A DNA stretch of 57,879 nucleotides, from the IMG/VR virus record IMGVR_UViG_3300046011_002458, positions 1 to 57,879 of that record; one strand, 5' to 3'. Below are positions 51,669-57,879 of the stretch, in pieces. Position 1 is the first letter of the stretch, and each line of letters begins with the position of its first letter. The notes beneath the pieces were generated by a model. That model saw nothing but the letters and a program-made list of their open reading frames with translations. It had not been told where the DNA came from and ran no database searches. This stretch comes from a virus (Duplodnaviria > Caudoviricetes). A program made the position numbers and the translations under genes.

Positions 51669-51842
51669 ATGATCACCATTGAAATCAACAACAGCGGCAG
51701 CGCATTCGACGAGCCACGCGAGGAAATCGCCCGCATCCTGCGCGAGCTGGCTGTGCAAATTGAGGCGGGCAACACCCCCTACTTTTTGCGCGACTTTAAC
51801 GGCAACCGCTGCGGCACCGTGCAAATGAAGCTGGAGAATTAA
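51669..51842 (+). CDS. hypothetical protein
   Basis: GGAGA SD; E.ARIL..LA...LRD.NGN..G. Confidence 0.7.
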   Translation: MITIEINNSGSAFDEPREEIARILRELAVQIEAGNTPYFLRDFNGNRCGTVQMKLEN

Positions 51843-51844
51843 CC

Positions 51845-52054
51845 ATGAAAGTCCGCACCATCATCGGCGCACAGGCCGCCTACGCCTGCATCGAGATCGA
51901 CACCACGTCGATGGACGTCCGCCTTGAGCCCGGCCGCTCAGCAGCGCAGTCGCTGCGCGAAACCGCAGAGGAGTGGCGCGAGAAAGCCAGACGCCTGCAG
52001 GAGCGAGCAAACCTCCTGAGCGTGGCGGCCGTCAAGCTCGAGGAGGCCGCATGA
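51845..52054 (+). CDS. hypothetical protein
   Basis: GGAGA SD. Confidence 0.7.
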   Translation: MKVRTIIGAQAAYACIEIDTTSMDVRLEPGRSAAQSLRETAEEWREKARRLQERANLLSVAAVKLEEAA

Positions 52055-52239
52055 AATACGCCATCAAGCTCCTCTACGACAACGGCCAGTGCGCCTACCT
52101 CGACGTCAAGGGCAAGAGCTCTTGGAAGACCAAGCGTGCCGCGCAAAAGCACCTTGACGTCTGCCTGCAACTGCTGGCCAAGGACCGCTTCTTCAGAGGC
52201 GTGGTCGAGGTCACGCTGGAAAAAGATTTTTTTGTTTGA
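52051..52239 (+). CDS. hypothetical protein
   Basis: GGAGG SD; ATGA coupling. Confidence 0.65.
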   Translation: MKYAIKLLYDNGQCAYLDVKGKSSWKTKRAAQKHLDVCLQLLAKDRFFRGVVEVTLEKDFFV

Positions 52240-52243
52240 CCCC

Positions 52244-52271
52244 TTGCAACACTTCACAATGCTGATATACT
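52244..52271 (+). promoter_or_regulatory. promoter/operator for recombination operon
   Basis: TTGCAA-16 nt-TATACT containing CTTCACAATGCTGATA. Confidence 0.75.
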
Positions 52272-52316
52272 GACAACAGACGACACGTTTTTAACCACTC
52301 CTTAAAGGACGCAATC

Positions 52317-52700
52317 ATGCAAGCAATCACCATCGACCAACTCATCGCCGCCCGTCTCGCCGCCAAGCGTGCCGAAGACGCAGCAGTCGCAACCCGCCGC
52401 GAGATCGATGAGCAAATCACCAACCTGCTCCGCCCTGCCGACAAGCTCGAGGGCACCGTCAGCCAGAAGGCCGGCGAGTACAAGATCTCTGTCACCTACA
52501 AGCTGTCCCGCTCGGTCGACACCGACGACCTGCAGAAGGCCTGGGACAAGCTCTCCGCCGAGCAGCAAGGTGCATTCAAGTGGAAGGCCGACGTCAGCGT
52601 CAGCGCCCTGCGCAAGCTGGATGACAAGGCGCAGATCGCTGTGTCCAAGTTCATCACCAGCAAGCCCGCCTCGCCCACCATCACCATCGAAGCAATTTAA
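52317..52700 (+). CDS. Sak4-associated hypothetical protein
   Basis: AAGGA SD; AK..E..A...RR.I; F.WK; KP.P. Confidence 0.75.
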   Translation: MQAITIDQLIAARLAAKRAEDAAVATRREIDEQITNLLRPADKLEGTVSQKAGEYKISVTYKLSRSVDTDDLQKAWDKLSAEQQGAFKWKADVSVSALRKLDDKAQIAVSKFITSKPASPTITIEAI

Positions 52701-52718
52701 TTCCGCAGGAGTATCACA

Positions 52719-53126
52719 ATGGATAAGAACATCGCCGCCATCCTGCGCGAAGACGCTAAGACTTGCGCCGTGCAATTTGCAAGCAACGATGGGGGCTCGG
52801 TGAGCCAGCCATACATCTACGTGACGCACCTCGACCTCGAGCCTGGCGACTACGTTGTCGTTCCGACCGGAGGTCAAGACGCTCTCAAGATAGCAGAGGT
52901 CGTTCGCGTTGATGACGACTTGGAAATCGAGCCAAACGCCAGCGTCAAATACAAGTGGGTGGTGGATGTAGTCAACGTCAAGGCCGCCCGAGAAAACCGC
53001 GACCGCAATGCTGAGATCGAAAAGATGTTGGCGTCCTCTTACCGCACCAACGCACGCCAAGCCTATGCGCAGCAATTCCTGTCTGGTGCTGATCCAAAGG
53101 TGCTGGCGCTCGTCAAAGGCAACTGA
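52719..53126 (+). CDS. hypothetical protein
   Basis: AGGAG SD; Y.Y.....L..GD.VVV. Confidence 0.75.
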   Translation: MDKNIAAILREDAKTCAVQFASNDGGSVSQPYIYVTHLDLEPGDYVVVPTGGQDALKIAEVVRVDDDLEIEPNASVKYKWVVDVVNVKAARENRDRNAEIEKMLASSYRTNARQAYAQQFLSGADPKVLALVKGN

Positions 53127-53150
53127 TTTTCTAACCCTGGAGATATAACA

Positions 53151-53843
53151 ATGGCTATTCAACTCGTATCGACCAAGCAGGCAGCGCAGCTGTCTGGCTT
53201 GAAGTTCCTGGTCCACGGACCAGCCGGCGCTGGCAAGACCACCTTGTGTGGCACTACTGGCGAGCCGACCATCATCATCAGCGCCGAGTCGGGCCTGCTG
53301 TCACTGCGTCACCTGGACATCCCAGTGATCGAGGTCAAGACCCTCGAGCAACTGTATGAGGCCTACGACTTCGTGGCCAACACCGAAGAGGGCCAGTCCT
53401 TCAAGTGGATCTGCCTGGACTCGATCAGCGAGATCGCTGAGGTGGTCCTGAACCACGAGAAGAAAGTCGCCAAGGACCCACGCCAGGCCTACGGTGCCCT
53501 GGCCGAGAAGATGACCGACCTGATCCGCGCATTCCGCGATCTGCCCAGCCGCAACGTGCTGTTCCTGTGCAAGCAAGAGCGCGCCAAGGACGAGCAGTCG
53601 GGCGCGATGCTGTACTACCCCGCCATGCCCGGCAACATGCTGAAGCAAGGCGTCGGTTACTTCTTCGACTTCGTCTTTGCGCTGCGCGTCGAGAAGGATG
53701 CCGACGGTAACCCCACTCGCTGGTTGCAAACCAACCGCGATTACAACTACGAGGCCAAGGACCGCTCCGGCAGCCTCGAGATGTTCGAGTCCCCTGACCT
53801 TTCGGCACTCGCCACAAAGGTCAATTTCACCAACGCCACTTAA
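53151..53843 (+). CDS. Sak4-like AAA_24 ssDNA-annealing ATPase
   Basis: HGPAGAGKTTL, SAESGLLSL, LDSISE, AKDRSG. Confidence 0.88.
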   Translation: MAIQLVSTKQAAQLSGLKFLVHGPAGAGKTTLCGTTGEPTIIISAESGLLSLRHLDIPVIEVKTLEQLYEAYDFVANTEEGQSFKWICLDSISEIAEVVLNHEKKVAKDPRQAYGALAEKMTDLIRAFRDLPSRNVLFLCKQERAKDEQSGAMLYYPAMPGNMLKQGVGYFFDFVFALRVEKDADGNPTRWLQTNRDYNYEAKDRSGSLEMFESPDLSALATKVNFTNAT

Positions 53844-53864
53844 TCCCTAGAAAGGACACCCACC

Positions 53865-54404
53865 ATGGCGCAATTTTCGTTTGATACCAACACCGCTCCC
53901 AAGAGCGAACGCAACTTCGAGCTGCTGCCCGCCGGCTGGTACACCGCACAGGTGACCGAGTCCGAGATCGTGCCCTTGTCGTCCGGTAAAGGCCAGGCAC
54001 TGAAGCTGACCTTTGAGGTGCTGCAAGACGGCTACCGCAACCGCAAGGTGTGGGCTCGCCTGAACATCCGCCACAGCGAAAGCCCCGAGGCCGAGCGCAT
54101 TGCCAACGAGCAGCTGCGCGACCTGTGCGAGTCAGTCGGCGTCGTTCGCATGAGCGACACCGTCGAGCTGCACAACAAGCCCACGCAGATCCGCGTGAAG
54201 ATCCGCGAAGACAAGACCGGCAAGTACGAGCCGCAGAACGAAGTCATCGGCTACAAGCCGGCCGGCGGCGTCGCTACCGGCGGCCCAGTGGTGCCTGGCG
54301 GCATGGCCCAGCGCGCAGCGACACCTGCAGCCAACGCCCCTGTGGCTGCGGCAGCGGCAGCGGCCGGCGGCTCGACACCGCCATGGGCCAAGAAGACAGC
54401 GTGA
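53865..54404 (+). CDS. DUF669 family ssDNA-binding protein
   Basis: FELLPAGWY...L.LTF.V..G.Y..RKVW..LN; NEV.GY; PPW tail; follows Sak4. Confidence 0.85.
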   Translation: MAQFSFDTNTAPKSERNFELLPAGWYTAQVTESEIVPLSSGKGQALKLTFEVLQDGYRNRKVWARLNIRHSESPEAERIANEQLRDLCESVGVVRMSDTVELHNKPTQIRVKIREDKTGKYEPQNEVIGYKPAGGVATGGPVVPGGMAQRAATPAANAPVAAAAAAAGGSTPPWAKKTA

Positions 54405-54410
54405 TGTTTC

Positions 54411-54485
54411 GGGGCCGCCAAAGCGGATGCAGTGCCACCGGGGGTTCCCAGTGGACCGGCCACTGATGCAGCGAGTAGCGGCCCC
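54411..54485 (+). ncRNA. candidate structured RNA downstream of SSB gene
   Basis: GGGGCCGC/GCGGCCCC, CAGTG/CACTG and CCAC.GGG/CCC.GTGG nested stems with purine-rich internal loop. Confidence 0.5.
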
Positions 54486-54496
54486 ACCTCAACACC

Positions 54497-54778
54497 ATGG
54501 CAATCGGCTTTCACGAATCGTACCGCCGCGAGATCGATCACCTCATCGACAGATCGAGGATGGCGAGAAGCCGCGACGAGCACGACTACTACATGGGGCG
54601 AGCGCACGAACTAGAGCGCGAGCTATCCATGCGAGATGCGCGCTACTTCGAGCCGCCTCGCATGATGCCCTTGCCCGCGCCAACATCGATTGGCGCGGAC
54701 CTTGCGAAATCTGAGGCAACAGCACTGGCCTTTTTGAACAGTGCAAACAAACTTCTTTTGGTAGGAGACCAACCATGA
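54497..54778 (+). CDS. hypothetical protein
   Basis: ORF coupled to next gene. Confidence 0.55.
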   Translation: MAIGFHESYRREIDHLIDRSRMARSRDEHDYYMGRAHELERELSMRDARYFEPPRMMPLPAPTSIGADLAKSEATALAFLNSANKLLLVGDQP

Positions 54779-55065
54779 AACTGAAACCATTCGCCGAGAT
54801 CATCGCCCTCTCCAAAGAGAAGCTGGCCGAGTCCCTCGCCCCCGTGCGTGCCCGCAAGGTGCGCTCGCAGGCTGAGCTGGAAATGGCCAAGCTGGACGAC
54901 GAGATCATCCGCCTCGAGGCCGACATCCAAGAGCAGTGCAGCAAGGAAGACATCAACTTCCCCGCGCTGCTGGACAAGCTCGACAAGGCCGCGCTGCTCG
55001 AGCGCCGCAAGGCCCAGTACGAAGCCGTGCTGGCCCAACTCTTCCCAGCAAAGGCCGCAGCATGA
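54775..55065 (+). CDS. coiled-coil hypothetical protein
   Basis: AGGAG SD. Confidence 0.75.
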   Translation: MKLKPFAEIIALSKEKLAESLAPVRARKVRSQAELEMAKLDDEIIRLEADIQEQCSKEDINFPALLDKLDKAALLERRKAQYEAVLAQLFPAKAAA

Positions 55066-55325
55066 GCCAGGTCCCAATCCTCACCATCAAGATGGTCCCC
55101 GCCGGCGTCGAGCTGACGCTTCATGCCCTGAGCAAGCTGCCCTTCGAGCAGTCTGCCGGCCTGATTGCCGAAGTTCGTGCCCAGGCCGAGTACCAACTGC
55201 AAGAGCTGCAGAAGGCCGCACAAGCCTCTGAAGCGCCAGCTGCTATCAACCCCTCACCCGATGCCGAACAAGCGCCCAGCGCCCCGGCTGACCCCGTTTC
55301 CGCAACCGCCAACACAGGAGAGTAA
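55062..55325 (+). CDS. hypothetical protein
   Basis: ATGA coupling; ALSKLPFE...LI. Confidence 0.7.
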   Translation: MSQVPILTIKMVPAGVELTLHALSKLPFEQSAGLIAEVRAQAEYQLQELQKAAQASEAPAAINPSPDAEQAPSAPADPVSATANTGE

Positions 55326-55329
55326 TTCC

Positions 55330-55536
55330 ATGGCAACACGTATCTACGCCGTCCAAGCCGGTGACATTTTTAAGCTGGTCGAGGCTGGCAGCAAACAAGC
55401 TGCTTTGCGCCACGTCGCCAAAGACCTGATCACCGTCGAGGTGGCCACCCAGAAAACCCTGGTGGGTGCCATGACCGATGGCGTAAAGGTCGAGCAAGCC
55501 GGGGCTGAAGAGCCCGAGGCTGCGACCGCCGAGTAA
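55330..55536 (+). CDS. hypothetical protein
   Basis: AGGAG SD; RIY.V...LV.A....ALRHVA. Confidence 0.7.
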   Translation: MATRIYAVQAGDIFKLVEAGSKQAALRHVAKDLITVEVATQKTLVGAMTDGVKVEQAGAEEPEAATAE

Positions 55537-55595
55537 TCAGCCTGTGCCCTCGCGTGCGGGGGCATGGATTGTTTATTCACCACGGAGAAATCCCA

Positions 55596-56666
55596 ATGGC
55601 AGCACTGCCCGAGCCGGTCCACACGACCGTCAACATGATCTACACCGCATACGAGAACGATGCGGACGATGGCAACCGCCCTCACCTGGGTGCCAGCCTG
55701 ATTGGCCACGCCTGCGAGCGCTACCTGTGGATGACCTTTCGCTGGGTCGACAGCAAGAAGTTTCCCGGCCGCATGCTGCGCCTGTTCGAGACAGGCAGCT
55801 TGGCCGAGGCACGCTTCGTGGCCAACCTCAAGCGCATCGGCGTCGAGGTCCACGACACCACGCCAGACGGTAAGCAGTGGCGAGTGTCCGCCCTGGGTGG
55901 CCACTTCGCCGGCAGCATGGACGGCGCAGGCCGTGGCTTCCCCGAGGCCCCCAAGACCTGGGCCGTGATCGAGTTCAAGACGCACAGCGAAAAATCCTTT
56001 ACCGATCTGGTAAAGAAAAAAGTGCAGGCGGCCAAGCCCCAGCACTACGCCCAGATGCAGGTCTACATGGGCGAGACCGGCATGGAGCGCGCCATGTACA
56101 TGGCCGTCAACAAGAACACCGACGAGCTCTACTGCGAGTGGGTCCACTTCGACCCGGTCGAGTACGCCAAGCTGAAGGCCCGCGCTGAGCGGGTGATCCG
56201 CGCCGCCGAGCCGCCGCTGCGCGTGAGCAACGACCCGTCGTGGTTCGTGTGCAAGATGTGCGACTTCGCCGAGCACTGTCACGGCGAGAAGGCCCCGGCC
56301 GTCAACTGCCGCACCTGCGCGCACAGCACCCCGATGACCGGCGCAGAAGGTGGGCAGTGGCATTGCGCAAAGATGGATGAGGCTCAGTGCGACGAGTCGA
56401 TTGACGACTCAACCATGCGCACCGGGTGCCCCGATCACCGCTACATCCCCATCCTGCTCGAGCGCTTCGGTAAGCAGGTCGACTATGTCAATGGTGATGT
56501 GGTCTACGAGGGCGAGGCCGGGCGCTTTGCCAACGGCGACCCCACCAACGGCGCGCTGGCATCGCAGGAGATCCGCGACTGCGAGCAGAAGGTCATGTTG
56601 CCCGATGCGTACCGCATCAAGTGCGAGCTCATGGGCCAGGGCATTGACGCGAAGGTGGTCTCATGA
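55596..56666 (+). CDS. Cas4-like PD-(D/E)XK exonuclease
   Basis: HLGASLIGH.C.R.LW; GSMDG; EFKT; HYAQMQVYM; C..C.F...C. Confidence 0.88.
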   Translation: MAALPEPVHTTVNMIYTAYENDADDGNRPHLGASLIGHACERYLWMTFRWVDSKKFPGRMLRLFETGSLAEARFVANLKRIGVEVHDTTPDGKQWRVSALGGHFAGSMDGAGRGFPEAPKTWAVIEFKTHSEKSFTDLVKKKVQAAKPQHYAQMQVYMGETGMERAMYMAVNKNTDELYCEWVHFDPVEYAKLKARAERVIRAAEPPLRVSNDPSWFVCKMCDFAEHCHGEKAPAVNCRTCAHSTPMTGAEGGQWHCAKMDEAQCDESIDDSTMRTGCPDHRYIPILLERFGKQVDYVNGDVVYEGEAGRFANGDPTNGALASQEIRDCEQKVMLPDAYRIKCELMGQGIDAKVVS

Positions 56667-56845
56667 AATGCGCTGACTGCAAATTCTTTTCGCCCCACAT
56701 CGAGCACGAGTGCTTTGGCACCTGCACGTTCACGTTCCCGCCACAACTGCAAGAGCCCGCGAACAACTTCGCGTCGAGCACGCGAACGGACAACGGATGC
56801 GACCTGGGCCAGCCCAAGGACGCGGACAGCAAGGCGGTGGACTGA
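56663..56845 (+). CDS. small Cys-rich protein
   Basis: CADCKFF...G.C...PP...C. Confidence 0.65.
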   Translation: MKCADCKFFSPHIEHECFGTCTFTFPPQLQEPANNFASSTRTDNGCDLGQPKDADSKAVD

Positions 56846-57879
56846 TGCTGATACCCCGCCCCTACCAATCCAAAGTTGTCGAGGACCTGTGGTCCTACTT
56901 CAACACCCACCCTGACGGTAACCCCGTCGTCGAGGCCTGCGTTGGTGCAGGCAAGTCGATGATGGTGGCCATGATCGCGCAGCGTGCCATGCAGGAGTAC
57001 CCAGGCACCCGCATCGTCGTGATCGTGCCAAGCAAAGAGCTGCTGGTGCAGAACGTGCAGGAGCTCTACACCGTCTGGCCCGAGGCCAGCGCCGGCATCT
57101 ATTCGGCCGCCGTCGGGCGCAAGCAACTGGGCTATGACCTGACCTACGCCACGATCGGCAGCATCTACAAGCAAGCCGCCGTGATGGGCCGCGTGGACCT
57201 GATCCTGGCCGACGAGTGCCACGGCATCGCGACGTCCGACACTGGCATGTGGCGCAAGCTGATTGCCGACCTGCGCCTGTACGGCAGCCCCGCCCGCGTG
57301 GTGGGCCTGACAGGCACCCCATTCAGGGGCAACGGTGTCTGGCTCACGCACGGCGAAGACCCGCTGTTCACGCACATCTGCAGCCGCGTGACCATCAAGG
57401 AGCTGCTGGACCTGGGCTTCCTGTCACCGCTCACGACGGTGCCGACCGAGACCCACATCGACACCAGCGCCGTGCGGACCGTGGCCGGCGACTACAACCT
57501 GCAAGACCTGGCCAAGGTGTCAGACAAAGATGAGGTGGTGCAGGCCGCGTGCGACGAGATCGTCGTCATGGGAGCGCCTCGAAAGAAGTGGCTTGTGTTT
57601 GCCGTCAATGTGGCACACGCCGAGCACGTCTGCGCCGCCTTGCTGCAGCGTGGCGTGCCCACCGCCGTGGTGACCGGAGACACGCCTGCCGCGACGCGCG
57701 ATGCGGCGATCGCAGCGTACCGCCGGGGAGACCTCCGGTGCCTTGTCAATGTGTCCGTGCTGACCACCGGCTTCAACGTCAGGGACATCGATTTCCTGGT
57801 GCTGCTGCGCGCCACCAAGAGCCCGGTCCTGTATGTGCAGATCCTGGGCCGAGCACTGCGCACGGCCGACGGCAAGACC
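56845..57879 (+). CDS. N-terminal part of SF2 helicase (~538 aa in total with 1-711)
   Basis: PRPYQ, GAGKS, DECH, GLTGTP motifs read from sequence; open to window end. Confidence 0.9.
   Translation, partial: MLIPRPYQSKVVEDLWSYFNTHPDGNPVVEACVGAGKSMMVAMIAQRAMQEYPGTRIVVIVPSKELLVQNVQELYTVWPEASAGIYSAAVGRKQLGYDLTYATIGSIYKQAAVMGRVDLILADECHGIATSDTGMWRKLIADLRLYGSPARVVGLTGTPFRGNGVWLTHGEDPLFTHICSRVTIKELLDLGFLSPLTTVPTETHIDTSAVRTVAGDYNLQDLAKVSDKDEVVQAACDEIVVMGAPRKKWLVFAVNVAHAEHVCAALLQRGVPTAVVTGDTPAATRDAAIAAYRRGDLRCLVNVSVLTTGFNVRDIDFLVLLRATKSPVLYVQILGRALRTADGKT
57754..57879. repeat. terminal direct repeat copy
   Basis: Identical to 4-129. Confidence 0.95.

Noticed and set aside
46930-52267. CRISPR array or integron-like attC array
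   Set aside because: Repeats are 16 bp, irregularly spaced by whole genes and overlap -10 boxes; they behave as operators
54411-54488. tRNA call for the 75-nt GGGGCC...GGCCCC element
   Set aside because: No cloverleaf, no GTTCRA T loop, no CCA end
55596-56666. CRISPR-associated Cas4
   Set aside because: No cas genes or array; Sak4-SSB-exonuclease-helicase context is a standard phage recombination module

Overview
The window is an apparently complete, circularly assembled ~57,750-bp temperate tailed-phage genome. Bases 4-129 repeat as 57754-57879, and an SF2 helicase reads through the join. It is GC-rich with podovirus-like architecture; the host is probably a betaproteobacterium (inference). 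Modules: helicase, xis, tyrosine integrase and an attP carrying the 3' part of tRNA-Cys; an accessory operon with Tad2/DUF2829-like, gp49/66-like and MazG-like genes; a minus-strand virion and lysis region (TerS, TerL, portal, scaffold, N4-gp56-type capsid, tail tubular proteins, two C1q-tipped fibres, holins, GH19 endolysin, ejection proteins, a 3213-aa polyvalent protein); prim-pol, RusA and a Q-like gene; a cro/cI switch; and an early region of small genes followed by Sak4, DUF669 SSB and a Cas4-like exonuclease. A 16-bp palindrome (TATCACAATTGTGATA and variants) marks most putative promoters. The most striking observation is four small same-strand ORFs nested in the +1 frame of the linkers of the giant multi-effector gene. 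Each has its own Shine-Dalgarno, and one has an internal operator/promoter. They may be antidote or partner genes hidden inside a toxin-domain-bearing virion protein. All family assignments come from motif recognition by eye, not database searches.
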